A DNA stretch of 32,000 nt from Xanthomonas campestris pv. campestris str. ATCC 33913 (GCF_000007145.1 NC_003902.1:1987436-2019435), one strand, 5' to 3'; positions 1 through 12,469 are shown, counted from the stretch's first letter. Translations and numbers: made by a program. The notes: generated by a model not told the origin, from the letters alone.

Positions 1-1824
<1,824 letters not shown>

Positions 1825-1852
1825 CGCCTGGTGGTCAGCTGCATGAAACGCG

Positions 1853-1882
1853 CAAGGCCAGGAGCGATCCTGGCCTTGTTGC
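1853..1882 (+). terminator. Hairpin downstream of ftsH (caaggccagg-agcgat-cctggccttg followed by ttgc)
   Basis: 10-bp perfect stem read directly 29 nt after the ftsH stop. The T-tract is weak. Confidence 0.4.
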
Positions 1883-2136
1883 ATTGTGGTGGATTGAATT
1901 GCCGGTCCAATGTCAGTGGCTCCTGCGCCACCGATGGCAAGTGCAGGGATGATGTGCAGAGGCCGATGCGCTGCGCGACAATGCCCGCCCCACGCCAGTG
2001 AGTAAGCGGGGCTGAGGTTGCCGCTGTCTCAACCACGCGTCACCGCGTTCCGCGACAAGATGCTGCGCGGCGAAATGCGCGCACGGCTGCATGCCAAGTG
2101 CGCATGCGGATCCTTCTTCCTGATCGAGAATTGCCG

Positions 2137-3039
2137 ATGTTTGACACCACACCGCAATTGAACTGCGCCGGCCGCCTCCTGCGCCTGGATGGCCCGCAGG
2201 TGATGGGCATCGTCAATGTCACGCCGGACTCGTTCTCCGATGGCGGTCAGCACACGACGGTGGACGCGGCGGTGGCCCATGGGCTGCGACTGGTCGCAGA
2301 AGGTGCGGCGGTGCTGGATGTGGGCGGTGAATCCACCCGGCCTGGCGCCAATGCGGTATCGGTGGAAGAGGAGCTGCAGCGGGTGATCCCGGTGATCCAG
2401 GCCCTGAGCGCGCAGACCGCTGTGCCGATCAGCGTGGACACCTACAAGCCCGAGGTCATGCGCGCCGCAGTCGGCGCGGGCGCGGGCATGATCAACGATG
2501 TACACGCGTTGCGGTCGCCGGGCGCGCTGGAGGCGGCTGCGGAACTCGCGGTGCCGGTGGTGCTGATGCATGCGCGCAGCGCACCGCATGCGATGCAGGC
2601 CGAGCCGCATTACGACGATGTGGTGGCCGAGGTGCATCGCTTTCTGGCCGAGCGTATTTTTGCTGCGGAAATGGCCGGCATCGACAAGCGTCGGCTGATC
2701 CTCGACCCCGGATTCGGCTTCGACAAGAGCACCGCGCACAACCTCACCGTGCTGGCGCAACTGCAGCGGCTGCAAGAATTTGGCCTGCCGGTGCTGGCGG
2801 GATTCTCGCGCAAGCGCACGATCGGTGAATTGACCGGTCGCCAGGTTGCGGCCGACCGCGTGCATGGCTCGGTGGCCGCGCATCTGATCGCCGCCCAGCA
2901 GGGCGCGCAACTGCTGCGCGTGCATGACGTGGCGGCGACCGTGGATGCGTTGAAGGTATGGCGTGCGGTGGCTGCAATTCCCACCCCGCGCGCGGCAGCA
3001 CCTGCGGCGCCGACGATTCGCTGGCCGGACGAGGACTGA
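2137..3039 (+). CDS. folP: Dihydropteroate synthase
   Basis: Pterin-binding motifs [16 protein letters not shown] and [14 protein letters not shown] 2137 is preferred over GTG 2098. The stop TGA at 3037-3039 overlaps the miaA ATG (TGATG). Confidence 0.93.
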   Translation: MFDTTPQLNCAGRLLRLDGPQVMGIVNVTPDSFSDGGQHTTVDAAVAHGLRLVAEGAAVLDVGGESTRPGANAVSVEEELQRVIPVIQALSAQTAVPISVDTYKPEVMRAAVGAGAGMINDVHALRSPGALEAAAELAVPVVLMHARSAPHAMQAEPHYDDVVAEVHRFLAERIFAAEMAGIDKRRLILDPGFGFDKSTAHNLTVLAQLQRLQEFGLPVLAGFSRKRTIGELTGRQVAADRVHGSVAAHLIAAQQGAQLLRVHDVAATVDALKVWRAVAAIPTPRAAAPAAPTIRWPDED

Positions 3040-4022
3040 TGGCAGCCGACCAGCGCCCGCTTGCGATCGCCGTGATGGGCCCGACCGCCAGCGGCAAGAC
3101 GGCACTGGCGATCGAGGCGGCGCAGCGCTGGGGCGGTGAGATCGTCAGTGTCGACTCCGCGCTGGTCTACCGCGGTCTGGACATCGGTGCAGCCAAGCCG
3201 GACGCGGCGATGCGTGCGGCGGTTCCTCACCATCTGCTCGACCTGCGCGATCCGTGGCAGGTCTATTCGGCGGCGGAATTTGCCGCTGACGCGCGCACCG
3301 CCATGGCGCAGATCGTAGCGCGCGGCAAGATTCCGATCCTGGCGGGCGGGACGGGGCTGTATTTCCGTGCGGCATTGGAGGGGCTGGCGCAGATGCCCGA
3401 AGCCGACCCCGCGGTGCGGCTGGCGATCGCTGCTGAAGCCGAGCAGGTGGGGTGGGGGGCACTGCATGCGCAGCTGGCACGGATTGATCCGGTTGCTGCC
3501 GCGCGCATCCATGCCACCGACCGGCAACGCATCCAGCGTGCGCTGGAGGTCTACCGCATCAGCGGCAAGCCGATCAGCTACTGGCAGACGCGACCAGCGG
3601 GCCCACGTGCGCCGGTGCGGGTGCTCAAACTGGTGCTCGCGCCCCGGCAACGCGCCGTGCTGCATGCACGCATTGCCATGCGCCTGGACGTGATGCTGGC
3701 GGACGGCTTCCTGACCGAGGTCGAGCAGCTGCGCGCGTTGCCGCAGATGCGCGCGGTGGCGGCGCCACTGGATTTGCCGGCGGTGCGGGCAGTGGGCTAC
3801 CGGCAGGCCTGGGAGTATCTGGATGGGGCCGGCAGCCTGGCCGAGTTCCGCGACAAGGCAGTGCAGGCCACCCGGCAGCTGGCCAAGCGGCAGCTGACCT
3901 GGCTGCGTGGCGAGCTCGACGCGCGCTGGTTCGACCCGGAGCGTGATCGCGGTCAATTGGAACAGGCGGTTGCCGGCTTCCTCGGCCAACGGCGCACTAT
4001 GCAGCAGCCTTCAGCCGTGTAA
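3039..4022 (+). CDS. miaA: tRNA dimethylallyltransferase
   Basis: P-loop GPTASGKT, then [16 protein letters not shown] and QRQLTWLR-type C-terminus. Conserved miaA-hfq-hflX order. Confidence 0.95.
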   Translation: MAADQRPLAIAVMGPTASGKTALAIEAAQRWGGEIVSVDSALVYRGLDIGAAKPDAAMRAAVPHHLLDLRDPWQVYSAAEFAADARTAMAQIVARGKIPILAGGTGLYFRAALEGLAQMPEADPAVRLAIAAEAEQVGWGALHAQLARIDPVAAARIHATDRQRIQRALEVYRISGKPISYWQTRPAGPRAPVRVLKLVLAPRQRAVLHARIAMRLDVMLADGFLTEVEQLRALPQMRAVAAPLDLPAVRAVGYRQAWEYLDGAGSLAEFRDKAVQATRQLAKRQLTWLRGELDARWFDPERDRGQLEQAVAGFLGQRRTMQQPSAV

Positions 4023-4098
4023 CATCCCGTTTCCGGGACCGGCTGGGGAAAGCAGGGTCGACCGGAATCATAAGAACAATAATGAAGAGGATTTTTCG

Positions 4099-4377
4099 AT
4101 GGCCAAGGGGCAATCTTTACAGGATCCATTCCTTAACGCGCTGCGTCGCGAGCGGGTGCCGGTCTCTGTGTATCTGGTCAACGGCATCAAGTTGCAGGGT
4201 ACGATCGAATCGTTCGACCAGTTCGTGGTGCTGCTGCGCAATACCGTGAGCCAGATGGTCTACAAGCACGCCATTTCCACCGTTGTTCCGGCGCGCAACG
4301 TGCGCGTGGGCCCGGGTGGCGGCTATGTGCAATCCAATGAAAACAACCAGGCGGAAGATGACGACGTCGAGCAATGA
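4099..4377 (+). CDS. hfq: RNA chaperone Hfq
   Basis: [46 protein letters not shown] (Sm1/Sm2 motifs). SD gaagagga lies upstream of ATG 4099. The longer in-frame ORF from 3907 overlaps miaA and is not used. Confidence 0.97.
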   Translation: MAKGQSLQDPFLNALRRERVPVSVYLVNGIKLQGTIESFDQFVVLLRNTVSQMVYKHAISTVVPARNVRVGPGGGYVQSNENNQAEDDDVEQ

Positions 4378-4388
4378 TGGAGTAGTGC

Positions 4389-5708
4389 GTGTTTGATCGC
4401 TCACGCAAGGGTGAACACGCGTTGTTGATTCAGACCCACTCCGGTGGGCCTGCCGAAGAGGATGTGCTGGAGGAGTTCGCCGAGCTTGCCAAGTCGGCGG
4501 GCGCCACGGTAGCGGCCACGCTCACCGCGCGCATCGATAAACCCAGCCCGTCGACATTGATCGGCAGCGGCAAGCTGGAAGAGGTCAAGGCTGCGGCCGA
4601 GGCCACCGGCGCGGATCTGGTGCTGGTCAACCACACCTTGTCGCCGGGCCAGGAGCGCAACCTCGAGCGGTATCTGGAGCGGCGCGTGATCGACCGCACC
4701 GGGCTCATCCTGGATATCTTCGCGCAACGCGCGCGCAGCCACGAAGGCAAGTTGCAGGTGGAACTGGCGCAGCTGCGCCACATGGCCACGCGCCTGGTGC
4801 GCGGTTGGACTCACTTGGAACGTCAGCGCGGCGGTGCGATCGGTCTGCGCGGCCCGGGCGAAACCCAGCTGGAAACCGACCGCCGCCTGCTGCAGAAGCG
4901 TGTGGAGCAGCTGCAGAAGCGGCTGGAAAAAGTCGAAGTGCAGCGGACCCAGATGCGTCGTGCGCGCATGCGCAGCGAATTGCCGCGGATTGCGCTGGTG
5001 GGCTACACCAATGCTGGCAAGTCCACGCTGTTCAATGCGTTGACCGGCGCCGATGCCTACGCGGCCGACCAGCTGTTCGCCACGCTCGACCCCACGGTGC
5101 GGCGCATTGCCTTGCCAGGTGGCAGCGCGGTGCTGGCCGACACGGTGGGCTTCGTGCGGGATCTGCCGCACGAACTGGTGGCTGCATTCCGGTCGACCTT
5201 GTCCGAAGCGCGCGATGCGGATCTGCTGTTGCATATCGTTGATGCGGCGGACCCGTTGCGCGAAGAACGCATCCATCAGGTCGATGAGGTCTTGCAGGCC
5301 GTCGGTGCAGGCGATCTGCCGCAGCTGCTGGTGTTCAACAAGATCGACAAGATCGAGGGCGCCGAGGTGCGCCATGACGCGCAGGACGGCATCCCCGACC
5401 AGGCACGCCGCGAGCGCGTCTGGATTTCTGCGCGTGATGGACGTGGCCTGGAAGAACTGCAGCGTGCGTTGGGCCATCGGCTGGACCTGCGCCACATCAC
5501 CGGTTCGCTCCGCTTGCCGGCCTCTGCCGGTCGTCTGCGCTCCAAGCTGCATCAGCTGGAAGTGATCCGTAGCGAGCAGGTGGACGAGGAGGGCTGGTTG
5601 CTGGAAGTCGACTTGCCCTATGTCGAAGCCGAACGTCTTGCCGCCGGCGAAGACGGTGCACCGCTGCGCGCGTTGTTGCCGGATCGCCGTGAGGACTGGG
5701 AGACCTGA
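4389..5708 (+). CDS. hflX: GTPase HflX
   Basis: GTG start 11 nt after hfq. G1 GYTNAGKST, G3 DTVGF, G4 NKID. HflX N-terminal domain (RAHEGKLQVELAQL). Confidence 0.95.
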   Translation: MFDRSRKGEHALLIQTHSGGPAEEDVLEEFAELAKSAGATVAATLTARIDKPSPSTLIGSGKLEEVKAAAEATGADLVLVNHTLSPGQERNLERYLERRVIDRTGLILDIFAQRARSHEGKLQVELAQLRHMATRLVRGWTHLERQRGGAIGLRGPGETQLETDRRLLQKRVEQLQKRLEKVEVQRTQMRRARMRSELPRIALVGYTNAGKSTLFNALTGADAYAADQLFATLDPTVRRIALPGGSAVLADTVGFVRDLPHELVAAFRSTLSEARDADLLLHIVDAADPLREERIHQVDEVLQAVGAGDLPQLLVFNKIDKIEGAEVRHDAQDGIPDQARRERVWISARDGRGLEELQRALGHRLDLRHITGSLRLPASAGRLRSKLHQLEVIRSEQVDEEGWLLEVDLPYVEAERLAAGEDGAPLRALLPDRREDWET

Positions 5709-5716
5709 TGCATGAC

Positions 5717-5744
5717 GGTGCGGCCGCTGCGATGCGGCCGCTCC
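5717..5744 (+). terminator. GC-rich hairpin just after the hflX stop (ggtGCGGCCGC-tgcgat-GCGGCCGCtcc)
   Basis: 11-nt arms with one mismatch, read directly. No U-tract, so its function as a terminator is uncertain. Confidence 0.35.
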
Positions 5745-6113
5745 GGCATCGCATGTCATCCGTTGCTTCCGCAGCATCGCGTAACGCGCCTGGGGTGCGC
5801 GCTGGCGACCGATGGAGTCTGTTAGCGGCAGATCCACCTTCCTGTGGTCGCCTGCGGCCCCGCAATGCGCATCGCACACGCGGCCGAGAATCTCGCAAAG
5901 AGCTATAGGCGTGTCTGCGGCTAGCAGACGGCCAGCTTGGTCGGTTGACGCGGTGGCTATTCTTTTCTGGTGCAGCCCGCGTCGGGGCAGTGGCGACGCG
6001 CTGCGCATGTAGCCACTGAACCGCGGCCGCCCAGTAACCCGTCCTGTGCTGGTCTCACCGCAGACATTGGCGATGAATTGGGCTAAAACGTCGATTCCCC
6101 ACACGCCGTGCCC

Positions 6114-6608
6114 ATGTCCATGTCCACCGATTCCGAATTGCAGCAGCTGTCCGAGGTGTTGGGGCAGCAGTTGCTTGCCGCGCGCGAGCGCCTGGTCACC
6201 GCCGAGAGCTGCACCGGCGGCTGGATTGCCAAGGCGGTGACCGACGTGGCCGGCTCTTCGCACTGGTTCGAGTGCGGCATGGCCGCCTACAGCTACGAGG
6301 CCAAACAGGCCTTGCTTGGTGTGCGGCCGCAGACGCTGGAAGTACATGGTGCGGTGAGTCGCGAGACGGTGATCGAGATGGTCTCCGGCGCGCTCGTGAA
6401 TTCCGGCGCCAGCATCGCCGTCGCCGTAACGGGCATTGCCGGCCCCGGTGGTGGAAGCGACGACAAGCCAGTCGGCACGGTCTGGATCGGCTGGAAGCGG
6501 CGCGGCGGCTATGCCACTGCGCAGTTGTTCCATTTCAGCGGCGACCGCGACGCGGTACGTCGGCAGACGGTGGCCGCTGCGCTACGTGGCCTGAGCGCGC
6601 TGCTTTAG
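6114..6608 (+). CDS. pncC: CinA C-terminal domain / nicotinamide-nucleotide amidohydrolase PncC family
   Basis: AESCTGGWIAKAVTDVAGSS and VAVTGIAGPGGG motifs typical of CinA/PncC. The start is ambiguous (GTG 6108, ATG 6114, ATG 6120). Confidence 0.85.
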   Translation: MSMSTDSELQQLSEVLGQQLLAARERLVTAESCTGGWIAKAVTDVAGSSHWFECGMAAYSYEAKQALLGVRPQTLEVHGAVSRETVIEMVSGALVNSGASIAVAVTGIAGPGGGSDDKPVGTVWIGWKRRGGYATAQLFHFSGDRDAVRRQTVAAALRGLSALL

Positions 6609-7119
6609 CACGCGCATTGCGCACTGCTGCACGGCGCGCTGCCTTGCAGGTGCTCCAGGCACGCGCTGCGGCGCCGTCATCCCTGAAGTGTCGAATACCC
6701 GGTAGTTGTAAGGCCGCGCCTCAGCGCGAGAGGCCGTTCGCGTTGCATGTAAGCAGCGGCAGTACCGCATCCTGCGAGGTCACGACCGATCTAAGAGTGG
6801 CTGACAAAACGTAGCAAGCAATTGGCAGGCGAGCTCGGACGGCGCATAGGATCCGGAGTGCTAAGGCTGCACATGAGAATTCCGAGCGCCGGCCGCGCTC
6901 ACCTGTCGGCCGCGCAGTCGGGTTGATGGCTGCTGTAAACCGCGGCCGTGCTCACACAAGCGAGCACGGAGTCGCCTGGCGTTCGTCGCGCGAGCGATGG
7001 ATTCGGTCATGCGCCCGCTGCGTAGATGCGCGAACGGTAGCGTTGCTTGTGACATATCTCGCGGCCGTCGCCGCATGATGCAGTCGCAGCGTCTCACCGC
7101 CTCACCGCCGGGAAACCCA

Positions 7120-9660
7120 ATGCATATCGATCACCGACGCGGTGGCAGGCTTGCGCTTGCCATCTTCGTAGCGACGCACGCGCCCTGGCTGTACGCACAA
7201 GCGCAGAGTGACGCGCCTGCCGAACGCACGGAACCAGCGACCTTGGCCGCCTTGACGGTCACTGCGCAGAAGCGCGAAGAAGCATTGCAGGACGTACCGA
7301 TCATCGTTTCGGTGCTGCCCGAGCAACTGTTGCTGGACAACGGCGTCCACGACATCAAGGATTTGCAGGTGCTGGTGCCGGGATTGATCGTCACCAGTAC
7401 CCAGAGCGCTGCGCAAACCACTGCACGTATCCGCGGCATCGGCACGGTGGGCGATAACGCAGGCCTGGAATCTTCGGTGGGCGTGGTGATCGACGGGGTG
7501 CCGCGTGCGCGTAACGGTGTGGGGTTCTCGGACCTCGGCGAGCTGGAACGCATCGAGGTGCTGAAGGGTCCTCAGGGCACCGTATTCGGCAAGAACACCT
7601 CGGCCGGCGTCATCAATGTGGTGACGCGCCGCCCCAGCTTCACGCGTAGCGCGGAAGCAGAACTGACGGCCGGCAACTACGGAGCGTTCGGTCTGGCTGC
7701 GGCATTCAACGATGCAGTGGGAGAAACCAGCGCGCTGCGCGTCTATGCCGCCAAACGCCGCCGCGACGGGTTTGAAAATGTCGTGACTGGTGCCGGCCCG
7801 CGCACGGCGACCGACGACGGCGACCAGAATCTGGAGACCGGCCGCATCCAGCTGCTGTGGGAGCCGTCGCATGAACTGGCCATCAATATCGCCGCCGATG
7901 CCACCAATCGCAACGAGAACTGCTGTGTCACCGTCACCACCGAGCGTGGGCCGACCGCCGCGATCCTCAACGCGCTGACGCCAGGCGGGCAGGGCACCAT
8001 CGGGCAGGCGGATCCGTCCCGGCGGCTGGCCTACAGCAATCGCAGCACCGCGCAGGACATTCGCGACCGTGGGGTGTCGGCGCAGGTGGACTGGACCACG
8101 CCCTGGCTGGGCGCGCCGGTGCTGACGTCGATCACCGCGTTACGTGACTGGACCTCGGTCAACGGCCTGGATTTCGATTTCAGTGCCGCAGACGTGCTGT
8201 ACCGCGCACCGCAGCAGGATGAAATGCTCACCGGGTTCAGAACCTTCAGCCAGGAGCTGCGGCTGGCCGGTTCCAGTGAGCAGCTGGACTGGATGGTGGG
8301 CGCGTTTTACGCCGATGAAACCGTGCATCGCAACGAGTCGTACCGCTTTGGAACGGCCTACGAGCCGTACCTCTCCACGGCGCTGTTAGGACGCATCAAT
8401 CCGGCGCTGGCCGCACGTGCGGATGCACCGCGCTTTCTCGCCGATGCCACCGGCCTGCCCACCGGTTCGCTGTTTCGCGGCCAGGGCAGCCAGGACCGCT
8501 TCCGCCAGGATGGCCGGAGCGTTGCCGTGTTCACCAACAATACCTGGCATGCCACCGATGCGCTGGATGTGGTGGTGGGGCTGCGCTACACCTACGAACA
8601 CAAAGCGCTGGCTTCCTCGTTCGAGAACCCGGATGGCAGCCCAGCCTGCGCGAGCTACTTCGCCGCGAACGGGCAGCTGGATCCGGCTGCGGCGCGACGC
8701 ATTGGTGCGGCGCTGACTGCGCGTGGCGTACCGGCAGCAGCCGTGCCGAGCATCGCTCCGCAAGTGGTGGGCTTTAGCTGCCTGCCGTGGAGCAATGTGG
8801 CGCATGACGGCCGCAGGACCCAGCAACAACTGACGGAGCGCGAATGGTCCGGCACTGCCAAGCTGGCGTATCGCTGGAACGACGCGCTGATGACGTATGT
8901 GTCGGCGGCGCGCGGCTACAAGGCTGGCGGCTTCAACCTGGACCGCGTGCAATCTGCTGACGGTTTGTCCACGGGCGTGCAAGGCATCGTGCCAGTGGAC
9001 GACACCGCCTTCCCGGGCGAGTTCGTCGACAGTTACGAGCTTGGCGCCAAAACCACGTGGTTGGGTGGCAACCTGCTACTGAACGCCGCGTTGTTCTACC
9101 AGGATTTCAGCGACTTCCAGCTCAATAATTTTCTGGGCACCAGCTTCGTGGTGCGCGCCATTCCCACGGTGATCTCGCAAGGCGTGGACGCGGAAGTGCT
9201 GTGGCAGACGGGGTTGCCCGGCCTGATGCTGCAAGGTGGCCTCAGCTATACGGATACCGCCTACGGTCAGGACCGCCTGCCCGATGCGGACCTGGCATTG
9301 CTGCCCGGCAGCCGTACGAGTTTTGCGCCGCGCTTGTCTGGCAACCTCGCGCTGAGCTACGAACACGCGATCGGCAGCCAGCTGATCGGTCGTGCCAATC
9401 TGGGCGCCAAGTACAGCTCCGATTACAACGTCGGCACCGACCTGGATCCGCAGAAGCTGCAGCCGTCCTACACCATCGTCAACGCGCGATTGGGCATCGG
9501 CGCCAGCGATAAACGCTGGCAACTGGAAGCCTGGGCAGAGAACCTTGGTAATGTCACCTATCGGCAGGTGGCCATCGATGCACCGCTGCAGGCCGGCTCG
9601 TGGAATGCATTTTTGGGTGCGCCACGCACCTTCGGCATGACGCTGCGCTTGCGCTACTGA
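7120..9660 (+). CDS. TonB-dependent outer-membrane receptor
   Basis: Signal peptide ending AQAQ. TonB-box-like ATLAALTVTA. Plug motifs (RIEVLKGPQGTVFGKNTSAGVINVVT). Long beta-barrel ending FGMTLRLRY. ATG 7120 is preferred over upstream in-frame starts at 6997 and 7075. Confidence 0.9.
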   Translation: MHIDHRRGGRLALAIFVATHAPWLYAQAQSDAPAERTEPATLAALTVTAQKREEALQDVPIIVSVLPEQLLLDNGVHDIKDLQVLVPGLIVTSTQSAAQTTARIRGIGTVGDNAGLESSVGVVIDGVPRARNGVGFSDLGELERIEVLKGPQGTVFGKNTSAGVINVVTRRPSFTRSAEAELTAGNYGAFGLAAAFNDAVGETSALRVYAAKRRRDGFENVVTGAGPRTATDDGDQNLETGRIQLLWEPSHELAINIAADATNRNENCCVTVTTERGPTAAILNALTPGGQGTIGQADPSRRLAYSNRSTAQDIRDRGVSAQVDWTTPWLGAPVLTSITALRDWTSVNGLDFDFSAADVLYRAPQQDEMLTGFRTFSQELRLAGSSEQLDWMVGAFYADETVHRNESYRFGTAYEPYLSTALLGRINPALAARADAPRFLADATGLPTGSLFRGQGSQDRFRQDGRSVAVFTNNTWHATDALDVVVGLRYTYEHKALASSFENPDGSPACASYFAANGQLDPAAARRIGAALTARGVPAAAVPSIAPQVVGFSCLPWSNVAHDGRRTQQQLTEREWSGTAKLAYRWNDALMTYVSAARGYKAGGFNLDRVQSADGLSTGVQGIVPVDDTAFPGEFVDSYELGAKTTWLGGNLLLNAALFYQDFSDFQLNNFLGTSFVVRAIPTVISQGVDAEVLWQTGLPGLMLQGGLSYTDTAYGQDRLPDADLALLPGSRTSFAPRLSGNLALSYEHAIGSQLIGRANLGAKYSSDYNVGTDLDPQKLQPSYTIVNARLGIGASDKRWQLEAWAENLGNVTYRQVAIDAPLQAGSWNAFLGAPRTFGMTLRLRY

Positions 9661-10084
9661 GATAGGTGCAGCGCCTGCCTGCACGCGCTTCCGCGCTGCG
9701 TGGCCTGGGTAATCCAAGGGCTGGGTGCGGCGTCTGCTTCAGCTGCGCAGGCGACAGATGCGGGCGGATCGGCTACAAACGTATATCGTTCCCGTGTGCG
9801 TGACCCATGCGTTTGTCTCCTGCTTTCTCGTTGCGCGCGCTCGTCGCGCCGTCGCTCGCCACGGGCCTGCGGCGTTCCAGTGCGCGCATGCGTGTGCTGC
9901 GGCATGCGCCTCGCTTTCAACAGTCTGTGTGGATGGCACTGCGTGCTGATGCGGTGGGCTCCGCGCTGCTGATCGCTCCGCGTACGCGCGCGGCCGCTGC
10001 GTTATGGCGAGTCAAAGTGCAGGGCAGTGTCCAGGCATCTGCGTCGCTGCGTTGCGCAATCGCTGCGTCGCAAGGAGCACGCTG

Positions 10085-11761
10085 ATGTGGGAAGCACTTG
10101 GCACCGTCCGTGACCTTGGGCGCCTGCAGGAAATCGCATCCGTCCTGATCCGCTATGGCTTCGGCGATGTGGTGCGGCGGATCGGCCTGGCCGACGTGCT
10201 GGAGCGTGCGGGCCGGCTGTTGCACTGGACCAATGCCGAAGGCCGTCTGCGCATGTCCGCGGCCACGCGTGTCCGTCGCGCCTTGGAAGAGCTCGGTCCA
10301 ACCTTCGTCAAGCTTGGGCAGGTGTTGGCCACGCGCGTGGATCTGTTGCCGCCAGACTGGATCGAGGAACTCAGCGAGCTGCAGAACGCCGTGCCGGCGC
10401 TGCCGTTCGCACACATCCGCCCGCAACTGGTGGCCGCGCTGGGAATGGAACCGGAGCAGGTCTTCGCGCGGCTGGATGAAGAGCCACTGGCGGCCGCATC
10501 GCTGGCGCAGACGCATCGCGCCTGGCTGGCCGACGGCACCGCGGTGGTGCTCAAGATCCGGCGCCCCGGCATCGGCGACACCATCGATGCCGACCTGCGT
10601 CTGCTCGCACGGCTGGCCGAAATCGTCGAAACCCGCGCGCCGGATCTGAAGCGCTATCGCCCCGCCGAAGTGGTGCAGCAGTTCACGCTGTCGCTGCGCC
10701 GCGAGCTCGATTTCGCCGCCGAGTGCCGCAATGCCGAGCGCATCGCCGCCAACTTCGCCAACGATCCACAGATCCTCATTCCCGCCGTGCATTGGGAATG
10801 GACCTGCGAGTCGCTCAACGTGCAGGACTTCGTCGACGGCATTCCCGGGCGCGATCTTGTTGCTGTGGATGCCGCCGGCCTGGACCGCAAGGCGCTGGCA
10901 CGCACCGGCGCCGGCATCGTGTTGAAGATGGTGCTGCAGGACGGCTGTTTTCATGCCGATCCGCATCCCGGCAATATTTTCTATCTGCGCGACGGGCGCA
11001 TCGCGGTCATCGACTTCGGCATGGTCGGGCGCATTTCCGAACAGCGCCGCTTCCAGGTCGCGCAACTGTTGCACGGCATGGTGAGCTACGACGCCGAGTC
11101 GGTGATCGACGTGTTGCTGGAATGGGCAGGCACCAGCCTGGACATCGACGAGCCGCGCCTGCAACAGGACATCGGCGCCTTCGTCGATGCTTATCGTGGC
11201 GTACCGCTCAAGGAGCTGCGTATCGGCGCGATGCTGGGCGATGTCACTGCCATCCTGCGCGATCACGGGCTGACGTTGCCATCGGACCTGGCGCTGATGA
11301 TCAAGGCCTTCCTCACCCTGGAAGGCATGGGGCGCCAGCTCGACCCGGATTTCGACATGGCTAGCGAAGCGCGCCCCTATCTCGAACGCGTGGTGCTGCA
11401 GCGGTATGCGCCCAGTGCGATGCTGCGGCGTGGCCGGCGTACGGTGACCGGGGCGATTGATCTGATCGGCGATCTGCCGCGCGATCTCAAGCGGCTGATC
11501 CAGGCCGCGCGACGCGGCAAGCTGCAGCTGCATGTGGAAACGCGAGCCTTGCGCGAATTCGGCGAGCAGGTCGACCGCGCCGCCAACCGCCTCACCATGG
11601 GAATCGTCACCGCCGCATTGGTGATTGGCTCGTCGATCGTGATGAACAGCGTTGGCGGCATTGCCAGCCGCTGGCTGCTGGCGCTGGGCGTCAGCGGGTT
11701 CATCGGCGCGGCCTTGTGCGGGGTCTGGATCCTGTTCTCGATCTGGCGCAGCCGCCGCTGA
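10085..11761 (+). CDS. ABC1/UbiB-family atypical protein kinase with C-terminal TM helices
   Basis: SD aaggag lies 8 nt upstream of ATG 10085. Motifs LGPTFVKLGQVLATRVDLLP, AAASLAQTHRA, HADPHPGNIF and IDFGMVG. Two hydrophobic C-terminal helices. Confidence 0.85.
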   Translation: MWEALGTVRDLGRLQEIASVLIRYGFGDVVRRIGLADVLERAGRLLHWTNAEGRLRMSAATRVRRALEELGPTFVKLGQVLATRVDLLPPDWIEELSELQNAVPALPFAHIRPQLVAALGMEPEQVFARLDEEPLAAASLAQTHRAWLADGTAVVLKIRRPGIGDTIDADLRLLARLAEIVETRAPDLKRYRPAEVVQQFTLSLRRELDFAAECRNAERIAANFANDPQILIPAVHWEWTCESLNVQDFVDGIPGRDLVAVDAAGLDRKALARTGAGIVLKMVLQDGCFHADPHPGNIFYLRDGRIAVIDFGMVGRISEQRRFQVAQLLHGMVSYDAESVIDVLLEWAGTSLDIDEPRLQQDIGAFVDAYRGVPLKELRIGAMLGDVTAILRDHGLTLPSDLALMIKAFLTLEGMGRQLDPDFDMASEARPYLERVVLQRYAPSAMLRRGRRTVTGAIDLIGDLPRDLKRLIQAARRGKLQLHVETRALREFGEQVDRAANRLTMGIVTAALVIGSSIVMNSVGGIASRWLLALGVSGFIGAALCGVWILFSIWRSRR

Positions 11762-11806
11762 CGCGGTCCCTGCGGCGGAGCAAGCAATCGCTTGCGCGCA
11801 CGGTCG

Positions 11807-11825
11807 TTAGTAGTAATACTACTAA
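11807..11825 (+). promoter_or_regulatory. LexA operator (SOS box) of lexA: TTAGTAGTAATACTACTAA
   Basis: Perfect 19-bp palindrome fitting the Xylella/Xanthomonas LexA motif TTAG-N6-TACTA. It ends 2 nt before the lexA ATG. Confidence 0.85.
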
Positions 11826-11827
11826 CC

Positions 11828-12469
11828 ATGGGCCTGACCGATACCCAGCAAGCAATCCTCGCCCTCATCGCCGAGCGGATCGAGACCGATGGCGTACCGC
11901 CCTCGCAGACCGAGATCGCGCGGGCATTCGGCTTCAAGGGCGTGCGCGCCGCGCAATACCATCTGGAGGCGCTGGAGCAGGCCGGCGCCATCCGTCGCGT
12001 GCCGGGCCAGGCGCGTGGTATCCGGCTTGCCGGCGCCGCTGCGCACGCCAGGGCCGCCCCTGCAGAGGAGCCGGTTCGCGATGACGTGCTGCGCTTGCCG
12101 GTGCTGGGGCGCGTGGCGGCCGGGCTGCCGATCGGTGCCGACATCGGGTCGGACGATTTCGTGGTGCTGGACCGGGTCTTCTTCTCGCCATCGCCGGATT
12201 ACCTGCTCAAGGTGCAGGGCGATTCGATGCGCGACGAAGGCATCTTCAACGGCGACCTGATCGGCGTGCATCGCACCCGCGACGCCCGCTCGGGGCAGAT
12301 CGTGGTGGCCCGGATCGACGAAGAGATCACCGTCAAGCTGCTCAAGATCGGCAAGGACCGCATCCGACTGCTGCCGCGCAATCCAGACTACGCGCCGATC
12401 GAAGTGCTGCCGGATCAGGATTTCGCCATCGAGGGCCTGTATTGCGGCCTGTTGCGGCCCAACCGTTGA
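11828..12469 (+). CDS. lexA: SOS repressor LexA
   Basis: N-terminal wHTH (PPSQTEIARAFGF), Ala-Gly cleavage site in GRVAAGLPI, catalytic GDSM Ser and downstream Lys (ITVKLL). The start aligns with the helix-1 position of other LexA proteins. Confidence 0.95.
   Translation: MGLTDTQQAILALIAERIETDGVPPSQTEIARAFGFKGVRAAQYHLEALEQAGAIRRVPGQARGIRLAGAAAHARAAPAEEPVRDDVLRLPVLGRVAAGLPIGADIGSDDFVVLDRVFFSPSPDYLLKVQGDSMRDEGIFNGDLIGVHRTRDARSGQIVVARIDEEITVKLLKIGKDRIRLLPRNPDYAPIEVLPDQDFAIEGLYCGLLRPNR

Noticed and set aside
2029-3989. Long minus-strand ORFs (2029..3105 and 2610..3989) opposite folP and miaA. There are similar ones at 9917..11533 opposite the ABC1 kinase and 18563..19942 opposite the MCP.
   Set aside because: These are the same high-GC antisense artefact. 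The sense strands carry well-supported genes.
5709-6107. The 400-nt gap after hflX, where hflK and hflC would follow in E. coli. It could hold a decayed gene or an sRNA.
   Set aside because: There is no protein-like frame on either strand and no terminator with a U-tract. Only the GC hairpin at 5717-5744 stands out. This is insufficient evidence for any call.
4401-6533. A 710-aa minus-strand ORF running antisense through hflX, the 400-nt intergenic gap and pncC.
   Set aside because: The composition is not protein-like and no motifs are present. Both sense-strand genes are clear. The part crossing 5709-6107 also looks like low-complexity Arg/Ala/Gly noise, so I do not call a gene in that gap.
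6609-7119. The 510-nt ORF-free region upstream of the TonB-dependent receptor. I checked it by eye for a Fur box, a cobalamin or TPP riboswitch core, and an ECF-sigma-type promoter.
   Set aside because: I recognised no GATAATGATAATCATTATC-like site, no B12 box and no CUGAGA/ACCUGAUCUGGAU THI-box elements. Only a local hairpin is present (ccgtgctc-N8-gagcacgg, about 6949-6972). An Rfam scan would be needed to say more.
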